A DNA stretch of 64,000 bases from positions 57 through 64,056 of the forward strand of contig LFWW01000001.1 of assembly GCA_001273385.1 (NCBI GenBank). The letters are read 5' to 3'. A program made the translations under genes and the position numbers. The stretch is from a miscellaneous Crenarchaeota group-6 archaeon AD8-1 (GTDB lineage: Archaea > Thermoproteota > Bathyarchaeia > Bathyarchaeales > Bathycorpusculaceae). Positions 45,658 through 55,752 of this stretch are shown here, in pieces (position 1 is the first letter of the stretch; each line of letters opens with the position of its first letter). The notes under the pieces are model-generated. The model worked only from the letters and a program-made list of their open reading frames with translations. It was not told the DNA's origin and ran no database searches.

Positions 45658-48551
45658 TACTGAATTTTCGCTACCTTAATATTAATTTCATTATTATAAA
45701 TAAGATTTCTTAGAAATTCACCGGTGTAGGATTTGTATTCCTCTGAAACTTTTTCAGGAGTTCCTGTTACCATGATTTCTCCTCCGAAATCTCCACCTTC
45801 AGGACCTAAATCTATAAGGTAATCACAATTTTTAATAACATCAAGATTATGCTCAATAATGTAGACTGTATTACCTTTTTCTACTAGATTATTTAGAACC
45901 TTGATCAATCTTTTAGTGTCATCAAAATGTAAACCGGTTGTGGGTTCATCTAATAAATAAATTATATGACCAGTTTTATGTTTACTAAGTTCTCTAGTAA
46001 TTTTTATTCTCTGGCTTTCTCCACCTGAAAGAGTTGTTGAGCTTTGACCCAATTTAATATATCCGAGACCAACATCCATTAAAGTTTTTAATTTTCTATA
46101 AATACGTGGAATATTCTCAAATCGTGTCGTTGCCTCTTCTACTGTCATATCCAGAACTTCGGCAATATTTTTCCCTTTATAATAAACTGATAAAGTTTCT
46201 TTATTGTATCTTTTTCCTTTGCATTCTTCACATTGGACATAAACATCTGGAAGAAAATTCATTTCGATGCGAAGTACTCCATCGCCCTTGCAGGTTTCAC
46301 ATCTTCCACCTTTTACGTTAAATGAGAATCTGCCAGGTTTGTAACCTCGAATTTTTGCTTCTTTTGTTGAGGCAAATAATCTTCTCATATCATCAAATAA
46401 TTTAGTGTATGTTGCTGGATTGCTTCTTGGAGTTCTTCCTATTGGGCTTTGATCAATTACAATAACATTTTTTACAAATTCAGGAAGTTCAATTGAATCA
46501 TGTTTACCTATCCTATCAACTCTTAAACCAAATTCTTTTTTCAAAGCAGGAATAAGAGTTTGATTCATAAGAGTACTTTTTCCTGAACCAGAGACTCCTG
46601 TAATTCCACATAAAACCCCTAAGGGCAAACTAACATTAAGTCTTTTTAAATTATTCTCTCTTGCACCTTTTATTGAGATATAATCTGGTGGAGTTCTTCT
46701 GTGGTTAGGAACGTCTATGCTTAACTTTCCAGATAGATATTTCCCTGTTATGCTCTTTTCATTTTCCATGATTTGCCAAAGTTTTCCCTGAGCTACGATT
46801 TGCCCTCCATGAACTCCAGCTCCAGGACCCATATCTACAATATAATCTGAATTTCGGATAGTCTCTTCATCATGTTCTACAACAATAACTGTATTTCCAA
46901 TATCCCGCAGTCTATGAAGAGTATTGATTAACTTGAAATTATCTCTTTGATGAAGCCCAATACTGGGTTCATCTAATATGTATAAAACTCCCATTAAATT
47001 ACTGCCAATTTGAGTAGCTAATCGAATTCTTTGAGCTTCTCCACCTGAAAGAGTTTTGGCTGCTCTAGATAAAGTAAGATAGCTAATACCTACGTTTTTT
47101 AAAAATCCTAGCCTTTCATTAATTTCTTTCAGAATCGATTTTGCAATAGTTAATTCTTTTTTATTCAACTTAGGTTTAAGTTTTTTGAAAAATTGTATGG
47201 CTTGTTCAATTGAAAAATCTGTCACATCAATTATGCTTTTTCCAACAATTTTTACAGCTAGAGGTACTGGTTGAAGTTTTTTTCCTTTACATACTGGGCA
47301 TTGGGAAGATCTCATGAATTTCTCTATGCTATTTTTTCTCCATTCACTTTCAGTTTGACGATACAGTCGCATAGTCTGAGGAATTACGCCTTCCCAACCT
47401 TTTCTCATCCACATATTTGCGCCATTAGACCAGTTGCCTTCCAGAGGTTCTTTATCTCCATATAATAATACATGAATTTGGTTTTCTTTGAAGTCTCTAA
47501 TTGGAGTAAAAACATCAAAACCATATTTTTTTCCAACTAAAGCTAGTTGTTGAACTCTCCAGCTAAGATCCATTTTACCATAGACAGCAAGAGCTCCATC
47601 CATTATTGATTTACTTTTATCAGGCAAAACTAGATCTTCTGATACCTCAAATACTTCACCAAGACCGTGACAAGCAGGACAAGCTCCAAATGGTGAATTA
47701 AAGGAAAACATACGAGGTTCAAGACTTTCAAATACTATTTCAGGGTGATTTGGACAAGCGCCAAAAGTACTGTATATGTTCTCTCCTGCAAACCTTTCAA
47801 TTTCTGATTTTTTCTTGAAACCGTTTGCATTTCCTTTTATGACTATCATAGTTCCTTCTCCAAGTTGGAGAGCTAGCTCTACTGCTTCAACGATTCTTGA
47901 GCGTTCCTCTTCCTCAGCATAAACTGTGTCAATAACAGCTTCTATCCAATGTTTTTCATAACGTTGAAGTTTTGCCTCTTTTATTACTGTATCAGAATTG
48001 AAAATTTTTTGATCAACGCGAATTTTTGTGAAGCCTTTCTTCTTTAAATCAAGCAGAACTTGTTCATGTGTTCCTTTAATTCCTCGTATTATTGGTGCTA
48101 AAATTGTAATTAATTGATTTTTTTCTGTCATCAACAAATTAGATATATTTTCTGGACTTTGTGGTCGAATTAAACTTCCACATCTCGGACAGTGATGAGT
48201 ACCAATTCGAGCGTATAGTAATCTTAAATAATCGTAAATCTCAGTAACTGTACCCACAGTTGATCGAGGATTTTTGCTTGTACTTTTTTGTTCTATAGAA
48301 ATTGCAGGGGAAAGGCCTTCGATTGAATCTACATCAGGTTTATCCATTAATCCAAGAAACTGACGTGCATAAGCTGATAAACTCTCAACATACCTTCTTT
48401 GTCCTTCTGCATATATTGTATCAAAAGCAAGAGTGGACTTTCCAGAACCTGATAATCCAGTTATTACAATAAATTTATTTCTAGGTAGATTAACATTTAT
48501 GTTTTTTAGATTGTGCTCACGGGCACCTTTTACAGATATTGAATCAAACAT
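45657..48551 (-). CDS. uvrA: Excinuclease ABC subunit A
   Basis: Two ABC modules (GLSGSGKSTLAFDT, GVSGSGKSTLMNQT), zinc-finger Cys pairs, LSGGE signatures. The stop overlaps the uvrC start (TAATG). Confidence 0.97.
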   Translation of the reverse strand: MFDSISVKGAREHNLKNINVNLPRNKFIVITGLSGSGKSTLAFDTIYAEGQRRYVESLSAYARQFLGLMDKPDVDSIEGLSPAISIEQKSTSKNPRSTVGTVTEIYDYLRLLYARIGTHHCPRCGSLIRPQSPENISNLLMTEKNQLITILAPIIRGIKGTHEQVLLDLKKKGFTKIRVDQKIFNSDTVIKEAKLQRYEKHWIEAVIDTVYAEEEERSRIVEAVELALQLGEGTMIVIKGNANGFKKKSEIERFAGENIYSTFGACPNHPEIVFESLEPRMFSFNSPFGACPACHGLGEVFEVSEDLVLPDKSKSIMDGALAVYGKMDLSWRVQQLALVGKKYGFDVFTPIRDFKENQIHVLLYGDKEPLEGNWSNGANMWMRKGWEGVIPQTMRLYRQTESEWRKNSIEKFMRSSQCPVCKGKKLQPVPLAVKIVGKSIIDVTDFSIEQAIQFFKKLKPKLNKKELTIAKSILKEINERLGFLKNVGISYLTLSRAAKTLSGGEAQRIRLATQIGSNLMGVLYILDEPSIGLHQRDNFKLINTLHRLRDIGNTVIVVEHDEETIRNSDYIVDMGPGAGVHGGQIVAQGKLWQIMENEKSITGKYLSGKLSIDVPNHRRTPPDYISIKGARENNLKRLNVSLPLGVLCGITGVSGSGKSTLMNQTLIPALKKEFGLRVDRIGKHDSIELPEFVKNVIVIDQSPIGRTPRSNPATYTKLFDDMRRLFASTKEAKIRGYKPGRFSFNVKGGRCETCKGDGVLRIEMNFLPDVYVQCEECKGKRYNKETLSVYYKGKNIAEVLDMTVEEATTRFENIPRIYRKLKTLMDVGLGYIKLGQSSTTLSGGESQRIKITRELSKHKTGHIIYLLDEPTTGLHFDDTKRLIKVLNNLVEKGNTVYIIEHNLDVIKNCDYLIDLGPEGGDFGGEIMVTGTPEKVSEEYKSYTGEFLRNLIYNNEINIKVAKIQ

Positions 48552-48602
48552 AATTTCTACCTATTTATTCGGTTGTGACAAAACTTCAATAAATGATACA
48601 TT

Positions 48603-50582
48603 TCAACTTTTTTGATAAATATCTAGTTTTTTTCCTTGAATATCCTGTGTTTTAATTTTCGAATACAATGCTTTTTTATATTCTTCAATTGTATCTCTTA
48701 ATTCAATAGCCTCTTCAAAATCGAGTTTCTCTGCTGCAGCTCTCATTTTGGCTTCTAATTCAATTATTTGATATTGAATATCCCTTTTAGCCAGATGCTT
48801 TGTTCCTTTAATTCTTCCTTTTTTACTGGATACTTTTTTTATAATTGTTTGGGGAATTAGGTTATGTTCTTGGTTATATCTCTTCTGAAATTTTCTCCTA
48901 TAATTGGTAATTTCTATTGCTCTCTGAATTGATTTTGTTTTCACATCCGCATACAAAATTACCTTCCCTTCAGCGTTTCTTGCAGCTCTACCAATGGTTT
49001 GAATCAGACTTCTTTCATCTCGTAAAAATCCTTCTTTATCCGCATCTAATATAAAAATAGTTGAGACCTCAGGTAGATCTAGACCTTCACGTAGCAAATT
49101 TATTCCAACTAGAATATCAAATTCACCAATTCGTAGCTGTCTTATTAATTCAATTCTATCTAAACTATCTATCTCAGAGTGCATGTATCTAACTCTAAAT
49201 CCTTCTTTAACCAAGTAATCTGTTAGATCTTCAGCCATTCTCTTTGTAAGAGTTGTAATGAGAACCCTATTACCTTTGCTTATGGTATTAGTAGCTTCCT
49301 TCATTAAATGCTTCATTTGATCTTTAATTGGATGAAGTTCAACTATAGGATCAAGAAGACCTGTAGGTCTTGTAATCAACTCTACCGGTTCTCCACTAGC
49401 ATGAAGTTCATAATCACCAGGAGTGGCTGAAACAAAAAGAGTGGTGCCCATTTTTTCTTCAAATTCTTTAAATTTTAAGGGTCTATTATCAAAAGCACTT
49501 GGTAACCTAAAACCAAAATCAACCAAGCTCTTCTTTCTAGAATGATCCCCATTATACATTGCTTGAGCTTGAGGAATTGTGCGATGGCTTTCATCAATGA
49601 TAAATAGAAAATCTTTTGGGAAATAATCGATTAGGACATATGGTGGTTCACCAGGTTTTCTTCCATCAAAATGGCTGCTATAATTTTCAATTCCTTTGCA
49701 ATAACCCAATTCTTTAATCATTTCAATATCATAATTAGTTCTTTGCTTAAGCCTCTGAGCCTCAAGAAGAGGTAACTCTGGTAAACGTTCAGCTAGTTCT
49801 TGACGGATTTTTTCTAAAGCTTTCTTTTGTTTTTCTTCAGGAATTACGTATTGTCGTGCAGGATATAGGGTGATTTTGTCAATTTTATTAATTGAGTCAC
49901 CCGTAATGGGATCAATTTCTTTGATTTTATTTATCCTATTGGATTCAAGTTGAACACGCAAAATATTTTTTTCATAAGCAGGAACAATATCTATTACATC
50001 ACCTCTAACCCTAAATTTTCCCGATTCAAGTTCCAATTTATTGCGTTCATATTGCATATCAACTAGGCGTTGAATAAAATCTCGCCTTTTCAACGGTTTT
50101 CCTACTTCCAATTCAATAGCCAAAGTTTTAAAATCAATAGGATTACCAAGATTGTAAATGCAACTAATACTTGCTACAACAATTGTATCATTTCTACTAA
50201 GCAAACTAGAAACACTATGCATACGCATTTTTTCTATTTGTTCATTAATGCTTGAATCTTTTTCTATATAGGTATCAGTTGTTGCAATATAAGATTCTGG
50301 CTGATAGTAATCATAAAAGGAAATAAAATATTCAACGCGATTATTAGGAAAAAAATCTTTTAGTTCAGAATATAGTTGAGCAGCTAAAGTTTTATTATGT
50401 GCAAGTATAAGTGTAGGTTTTTGAAGTTTTTCTATAATATTTGCCATAACAAAAGTTTTTCCACTTCCAGTTATTCCAAGAAGAGTTTGTTTTTTTTGTT
50501 TAAGAAAATTAGCCTTGATTTTTTCTATTGCTGTTTTTTGTCCAGGAGATACCTTAAAATCAGTTTTTAATTGGAACTTCAC
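48603..50582 (-). CDS. uvrB: Excinuclease ABC subunit B
   Basis: Helicase motif I GITGSGKTFVMA, DESH box, C-terminal UVR domain (LDFEEAIELRD). Confidence 0.97.
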   Translation of the reverse strand: MKFQLKTDFKVSPGQKTAIEKIKANFLKQKKQTLLGITGSGKTFVMANIIEKLQKPTLILAHNKTLAAQLYSELKDFFPNNRVEYFISFYDYYQPESYIATTDTYIEKDSSINEQIEKMRMHSVSSLLSRNDTIVVASISCIYNLGNPIDFKTLAIELEVGKPLKRRDFIQRLVDMQYERNKLELESGKFRVRGDVIDIVPAYEKNILRVQLESNRINKIKEIDPITGDSINKIDKITLYPARQYVIPEEKQKKALEKIRQELAERLPELPLLEAQRLKQRTNYDIEMIKELGYCKGIENYSSHFDGRKPGEPPYVLIDYFPKDFLFIIDESHRTIPQAQAMYNGDHSRKKSLVDFGFRLPSAFDNRPLKFKEFEEKMGTTLFVSATPGDYELHASGEPVELITRPTGLLDPIVELHPIKDQMKHLMKEATNTISKGNRVLITTLTKRMAEDLTDYLVKEGFRVRYMHSEIDSLDRIELIRQLRIGEFDILVGINLLREGLDLPEVSTIFILDADKEGFLRDERSLIQTIGRAARNAEGKVILYADVKTKSIQRAIEITNYRRKFQKRYNQEHNLIPQTIIKKVSSKKGRIKGTKHLAKRDIQYQIIELEAKMRAAAEKLDFEEAIELRDTIEEYKKALYSKIKTQDIQGKKLDIYQKS

Positions 50583-50763
50583 TAGGGATCCTTCTCGATT
50601 AGAGAGAAGAAAATAAAATCTCTTTACTTATAAGGATTTTCAAAAAATTAATATTTGTTTCAAGGATAATCCTAGGATAAAATTTTAAAGAAGAATTTGT
50701 TTCGGCCAATATTTTTTCAAAATATTAACTTGTTGAACCTATTACTGGAAGATTTTATGACAA

Positions 50764-51084
50764 TTACATTTTGATTTTTTCTTTAAGCGCTTTAATTGTT
50801 CCAGAAATTGATAAAACATGTAAAGCAACACGGTTTTCAGCTATAGAAGTAATTGTAACCAATGATGTTCTTACGATGTTTAGGGCTGAAAGATTAGTTC
50901 GAATAATTACTTGTTTTTCTTCAAGATTATAATCAATTAAAGATAAGCTAGTTTGACTAGCACCATATTCACCATATAGTTTTAGAATTGAACTCCATAT
51001 AGCATCTATTAGGATTTTAGGCTGAAAATTAGCCTTAGAATCGATTTCCAAAGCTAGATATCTTCTTTTTGTTCTTTTCAACAA
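50764..51084 (-). CDS. rnp2: RNase P protein component 2 (Pop5)
   Basis: KRRYLALEI N-terminus and SGTIKALKEK C-terminus. Conserved position downstream of Rpp30, which it overlaps by 7 nt. Confidence 0.8.
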   Translation of the reverse strand: MLKRTKRRYLALEIDSKANFQPKILIDAIWSSILKLYGEYGASQTSLSLIDYNLEEKQVIIRTNLSALNIVRTSLVTITSIAENRVALHVLSISGTIKALKEKIKM

Positions 51085-51809
51085 TCTCCCTCTTTTATTA
51101 TTCGAATTCCAGGAGCCACAAAGCTAGATTTTAGTTTTTCTCTATTTCGCAGAACTATTGTGTTGGGATTTGTTGAAATTGTGTCTAGAGCGGAGGTTTG
51201 ATCCATATCAAGAAGAAACATCAAGGCTGCAATTTCTCTTGGTTTTCTAAGTAATATTGACTCTGAAATTCCACTTGATAGTACAATGGGTACATGAAAA
51301 TCATTTGCTATTACTGTTTCTCTACGAAGGAGGGATATAATTTTTGCGCGTAAAGACCCGTATAGAACTAATAATGGTTTAGCATCAATTTCAAAAGCAG
51401 TTAAATTATTGCTAACTAATTCTGCTTCGTTTCTGTCAAAAAATCTGTTTCGAAAAGATAGTGATGGAAAATTTATTAAATCAACTCTGCGATCCTGTGC
51501 AGCTTGTCTTGCAATTTCTTTGGTTTTGCATTTAACACAAACTATTTCATATTTTCTTCTTACTTTTCTAAGTTTAATTTTGAGTTCATTTCGGGTCTTT
51601 GGACTTAAATCTATTCGTGAAATATAATCTATCTCAAGATTTTTACATAAATCTCTTAGTAGATTAATTGAATGTTTATCCAAGGAATTATTCGATGAAA
51701 AACCTAATAGATTATATCCTAAAAATTTTATTTTTTTAATTAATTGAATATTTTCATCTATTTTATTTGATTTTAGAATTAAATGTAAGTCAGCAAATTG
51801 TCTTTTCAT
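51078..51809 (-). CDS. rnp3: RNase P protein component 3 (Rpp30)
   Basis: FADLHL start and TIM-barrel-like length (243 aa). It sits in the conserved L15e-COG1325-Rpp30-Pop5 gene order. Confidence 0.8.
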   Translation of the reverse strand: MKRQFADLHLILKSNKIDENIQLIKKIKFLGYNLLGFSSNNSLDKHSINLLRDLCKNLEIDYISRIDLSPKTRNELKIKLRKVRRKYEIVCVKCKTKEIARQAAQDRRVDLINFPSLSFRNRFFDRNEAELVSNNLTAFEIDAKPLLVLYGSLRAKIISLLRRETVIANDFHVPIVLSSGISESILLRKPREIAALMFLLDMDQTSALDTISTNPNTIVLRNREKLKSSFVAPGIRIIKEGDC

Positions 51810-52279
51810 AATATTAAACCTAATTCCTTGGCTAAATCTATTATTTCTCGAGTGGTTCTAGTCTCGAAATGAACCTTTAAGTGAATGGGATCCTTTGTTG
51901 AAAATCTCAATAAAGATACAAACGCTAGTTGTTTATCAAATCTTAAATAAAGATTTTTTTTATCAAGATGATTTTTTATGTTATAAGTTAGATTTTCTTT
52001 GTCTGACAAATTTAGTTGATCAGAGATAAATTTTAATGTTTCAAGACACAAAATTTTATCATTTAACTGGATTTTATACAATATGATTGGATTTTTATAG
52101 TATCCTGTTAACTGTGTTTTTTTAAAAGTTAAATTTTCCTTAATTTCAACTGGAAATAAATTTTTAGCAGAAATTAAAACTTTGTCCACGTCTTCTGTAG
52201 CATGAGAAAAAACTCTAATTTCGATATTTCTAATCAAAGTCTTTGGAGACAATTTTATACATCTTTTTGTGATTAGCAT
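51806..52279 (-). CDS. DUF54/COG1325 RNA-binding protein (predicted exosome-associated)
   Basis: VFSHATEDVDKV and TGYYKNPI motifs. 4-nt overlap with rnp3. Confidence 0.7.
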   Translation of the reverse strand: MLITKRCIKLSPKTLIRNIEIRVFSHATEDVDKVLISAKNLFPVEIKENLTFKKTQLTGYYKNPIILYKIQLNDKILCLETLKFISDQLNLSDKENLTYNIKNHLDKKNLYLRFDKQLAFVSLLRFSTKDPIHLKVHFETRTTREIIDLAKELGLIL

Positions 52280-52383
52280 TTAATCCTTTTAGATTTTTTC
52301 TATAGCTAAGAATAAGACTATCATTATTTTCTGAATTTTTATAAGATTATTATTTTGCGTAAAGATAAAAATTTTAAAATAAT

Positions 52384-52974
52384 TTATTTATTTTTTCTCT
52401 TGCGTTTCTTGGGATTTTTCTTTTCTGGAGATTTAACCAAATTTCTGATTCGTTTACCAGATGCTGTTAAACCTCTATTTACTCTTCTCTTTTGATTGGC
52501 TAGATTAATTAAATTTTGATTGGTTATCCTTGCTTTTTGAGTTTTAAAGTTATGTTGTTTTGATAAGACAGTTTTATTGATCATGATTACTTCAAACCAT
52601 TTCGAACGTCCATCTTCGCCAACCCAATAACTGTTTAAAACTTCTAGATTTGGGAATTTCTTTCCTGTTCGTTCTTCTGCAATTAATCTTAAGCTTTTTG
52701 CTGGTTTATATTTTGCAACACCCATTCGTTTAGGTCTACGTCCAGCTTTCGGTCGTTGTTTTCTTAAGCCGCCTCTTCTGACCTTAGTTCGAGCAATTAT
52801 ATAACCCTGTTTAGCTTTATATCCGAGGGCTCTAGCTCTATCCAGTCTTGTAGGTTTTTCAATTCGAATTATAGTTGGTTGTTTTCGATATAAAATCAAT
52901 CTTTCTTTCATTAGTTCTTCTACAAAAGATTGTTCTGGTTTAGCCCATTCTTTCGCTATATACTTGTAAGCCAT
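52384..52974 (-). CDS. rpl15e: Ribosomal protein L15e
   Basis: MAYKYIAKEWAKP..., RPKAGRRPKRMG, SYWVGEDG. Basic C-terminal tail. Confidence 0.95.
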   Translation of the reverse strand: MAYKYIAKEWAKPEQSFVEELMKERLILYRKQPTIIRIEKPTRLDRARALGYKAKQGYIIARTKVRRGGLRKQRPKAGRRPKRMGVAKYKPAKSLRLIAEERTGKKFPNLEVLNSYWVGEDGRSKWFEVIMINKTVLSKQHNFKTQKARITNQNLINLANQKRRVNRGLTASGKRIRNLVKSPEKKNPKKRKRKNK

Positions 52975-53131
52975 CTGTTTTTCTGACCTTATTTGCTATT
53001 GTTTACGGTTCAGCTTATTAAAGCCACATCCCTACGGACTCTACAGGTCCGTTTTCAATTTTTAATCACAACATTGCTTAAAAATAAACCTTTTCTATGA
53101 ATTATCAGAAAAAAAACCATTTAAAAGATTG

Positions 53132-54490
53132 TTATTCCAGTAATCTTGCTCTTGCATTGTTAAATAATTTAACTAATTCTAAACGCCACTCATTATACTC
53201 TTCAGGAGTTTTGGGATAACTATAATAATGAGCTTTCACTTGTCGCATCATATTTACTGTTATTCGCAGTTTATTTAGAAAACGCATCCGCTTAATTCCT
53301 CTAAATACTCTTCTGGCCGTTTCTGTGATATTCAAATGGAATTCATCCCCTAAGCCAGCTTTTAATACGTCATCCTCAGTTAGAAGTTTACAACTCATGC
53401 CATAATTTAAATCATCGTCATTACTTTTAATGAGAAACATTCGAAAGATATCTAAACTAGCCTGTTTCTTACCATAAGACTGCATATATAAATTATTGTA
53501 AGACCAAAGACTTTCTTGATTCGCCTTTCCTTTTTCCAGTGCATCAGATATTACTTTCCCAGCATAAAAACCACTTAGCATTGATGGACCAATTCCACCT
53601 CCGTGGATAGGATTAACTAAACTAGCTGCATCACCAGTGATTATGATGCCATTTCCAACCATATTATCTAATGGTCTTCTTGTTGGATCAAACCAAGCAC
53701 CGGAAGTTATTATTTTAGATCCTTCAAACAAGGGTCTTTTCATAATATGTTCATAAAATTGAGTTTTGGGATTTGGAAAATTTTTATTCATGCAAACTCC
53801 TAAACCAACATTAACTTTTGCGTTTGGTTTAGGAAATATCCATGTATAACCTCCAGGAGTTACTTTTTGATTTAAATAAATATCGCAATATTTTTTGTTT
53901 TCTGTTTCGTGGCTTAATTGGCGAATTTCGCGGTAACAAGCTTCTACATCTCTGTTTTCAATCACTGTATCAATATTCATTTCTTCAGGTAGTTTGCGTC
54001 TAGCAACACCTAAGAAACCACTGGAATCAACAACTACTTTGCTTTTCAACTCGACCTTTGATCCATTAGACTTCTTTGCTATTACACCGGTGACAAATCC
54101 ATCTTTAATTTTGAGATCAAGAAATTTTGTTGAATCTAAAAGTGTCGTGCCTTTGTCTACTGCTTTTTTCAATAGCCATTGTCCAAATAAGTGACGATTT
54201 AATAAATACCCGATAAAATCTTCATGTGCAATAGTGAAAATCGTTTTTTCATCAGGAGAAAAAATTCGGATACCTTCAATACGGGTTTCAAGTTCACCGC
54301 CTTTTGGTTTCTCTAATCCTAAAGTTTTTAGATGATGTTCTCCAAGTGCATCTCCACAGATTTTTGTTCCTATTAGTTCTTTGGGTTTATTTTCAATTAA
54401 ACAAGTACTTAATCCTCTTTCAGCTAATGTTTTTGAGGCTAAACAGCCTGCAGTTCCGGCTCCAACAACTATAGCATCAAATTTTTCCAT
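53132..54490 (-). CDS. Geranylgeranyl reductase family flavoprotein (likely digeranylgeranylglycerophospholipid reductase)
   Basis: FAD motif FDAIVVGAGTAGCLASKTLAERG, GDAASLVNP. 452 aa, longer than the ~400 aa I expect for archaeal GGR. Confidence 0.85.
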   Translation of the reverse strand: MEKFDAIVVGAGTAGCLASKTLAERGLSTCLIENKPKELIGTKICGDALGEHHLKTLGLEKPKGGELETRIEGIRIFSPDEKTIFTIAHEDFIGYLLNRHLFGQWLLKKAVDKGTTLLDSTKFLDLKIKDGFVTGVIAKKSNGSKVELKSKVVVDSSGFLGVARRKLPEEMNIDTVIENRDVEACYREIRQLSHETENKKYCDIYLNQKVTPGGYTWIFPKPNAKVNVGLGVCMNKNFPNPKTQFYEHIMKRPLFEGSKIITSGAWFDPTRRPLDNMVGNGIIITGDAASLVNPIHGGGIGPSMLSGFYAGKVISDALEKGKANQESLWSYNNLYMQSYGKKQASLDIFRMFLIKSNDDDLNYGMSCKLLTEDDVLKAGLGDEFHLNITETARRVFRGIKRMRFLNKLRITVNMMRQVKAHYYSYPKTPEEYNEWRLELVKLFNNARARLLE

Positions 54491-54590
54491 AACATGATCC
54501 CATTAAATATGATATATTTTCTGTACTTTGTTGTATTAGTAAACCTTTATAAATTATTAAGTAAGCTTTACCACACCAAGTGTAGGTTAA

Positions 54591-55016
54591 ATGAGCACAC
54601 AGTTATCACTAAGCATTGAGCTTAGAAAGTTAATTGAATCAAAACTTGAACAGACTATTAATGGAATAGAAAACACTTTTTATCAAATTTTAAAAAAACA
54701 GGACATTAATCCTATAGAGTTAAAAGAGAATGTTAAGAATCTGGAAGAAAATTTTAGCATTATATCTCAGAAATGGAATCTTGAAATCCTTTACACTTTG
54801 CTATTGAAAGAACAAGCCGGTTTTGGAGAAATTAAGAGAATCTTAGGTGTAAATTCACGGACCCTTTCAGATAAACTCAAGATTCTGAATATTTTTAATT
54901 ACATTAATAGAGATGTAAATATTGGACCCCCTTTAAGAGTTAAATACAACCTTACCAATAAAGGAAAAAATACGGGTCTTCTTGCTTTGCCCCTTCTTTA
55001 TTATAGTAGCAAATAA
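54591..55016 (+). CDS. HxlR-family winged-helix transcription regulator
   Basis: ISQKWNLEILYTLLLKEQAGFGEIKRILGVNSRTLSDKLKIL ... VKYNLTNKGK. About 45 aa of N-terminal extension. Confidence 0.75.
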   Translation: MSTQLSLSIELRKLIESKLEQTINGIENTFYQILKKQDINPIELKENVKNLEENFSIISQKWNLEILYTLLLKEQAGFGEIKRILGVNSRTLSDKLKILNIFNYINRDVNIGPPLRVKYNLTNKGKNTGLLALPLLYYSSK

Positions 55017-55106
55017 ATTATTTTTTATTGATTATTGAATCTTCAATTTTTAATAAAGTGATTGAAAGAAATACATTAATGCAATTATCTAACATAATTA
55101 TCTTTC

Positions 55107-55610
55107 TCAAATATTTCTATTAGTTAATTTTTTAGTTAAGACAATGTTTGTGGTTTCCTTTATTGTTTCAAAAACCATACAAGTAAGTGTTTTTTCCAAT
55201 CCATCAATTAATCGAAGTTTATCAACAACAAAATTCCCGACATTATCGACAGCTTCAGCTCTTAATTTTATTAGTAAATCCCAATCTCCAGTTATTATAT
55301 GCACTTCTTGTACCTCTAGAAACGATGCAATCTTTTTAGCGACAATTCTTTGTGAAATCATTCCAGAGTTTTTTGTTCGATATGAAACAGAAGCAAAAAT
55401 GAAAGCTGTTGTACCTGAAGCAAGTTTTTCTGGTGCTAAGATTGCTCTATATTCCCGAATGATATTTTGGCCTTCCATTCGTCTTATTTTTGCGAAAACT
55501 GTTGTAATAGGTGACTTAATTTTTTGTGCTATTTGTCGGGCAGTTAGTTTGCTATTTTTTTGTATTAATTCTAAAATTGCTAAATCTTTTTCATCTAATT
55601 TGTTAAACAT
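55107..55610 (-). CDS. Lrp/AsnC-family transcription regulator
   Basis: HTH LDEKDLAILELIQKNSKLTARQIAQKI plus a C-terminal RAM/ACT-like domain. The nearly full-length antisense ORF 55144..55617 is rejected. Confidence 0.9.
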   Translation of the reverse strand: MFNKLDEKDLAILELIQKNSKLTARQIAQKIKSPITTVFAKIRRMEGQNIIREYRAILAPEKLASGTTAFIFASVSYRTKNSGMISQRIVAKKIASFLEVQEVHIITGDWDLLIKLRAEAVDNVGNFVVDKLRLIDGLEKTLTCMVFETIKETTNIVLTKKLTNRNI

Positions 55611-55627
55611 ATTGTAATAATTACAAT
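55611..55627. promoter_or_regulatory. Palindrome abutting the Lrp/AsnC start codon
   Basis: attgtaa-taa-ttacaat (7-bp arms) lies immediately upstream of the regulator's ATG. It is a candidate autoregulatory operator. Confidence 0.3.
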
Positions 55628-55652
55628 ATTCTGCTATAAATACTATTAGTTT

Positions 55653-55684
55653 TTATAAAAAATATAAAAAAAATTATAAAAAAT
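55653..55684. promoter_or_regulatory. Helically phased direct repeats in a divergent intergenic region
   Basis: ttataaaaaat occurs at 55653-55663 and again at 55674-55684, exactly 21 nt apart. Confidence 0.3.
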
Positions 55685-55752
55685 TTATAATAGACCATCT
55701 CATTAAGTTAGCTGATTAGATAAAGGAAATCGAAACATAATCAGGGATCTTT

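Noticed and set aside
53035-53051. GC-rich hairpin cggac-tctacag-gtccg followed by a T-run on the plus strand, resembling an intrinsic terminator
   Set aside because: No plus-strand gene lies upstream to terminate. On the minus strand the GGR gene already has a T8 tract right after its stop. I kept it only as part of the shared-motif observation.
55144-55617. 157-aa plus-strand ORF covering almost the whole Lrp/AsnC gene
   Set aside because: It is antisense to a gene with clear HTH and RAM-domain motifs. Its translation is Ser/Ile/Phe-rich with no motif. Long antisense ORFs are expected by chance in AT-rich DNA where stop codons on one strand are avoided.
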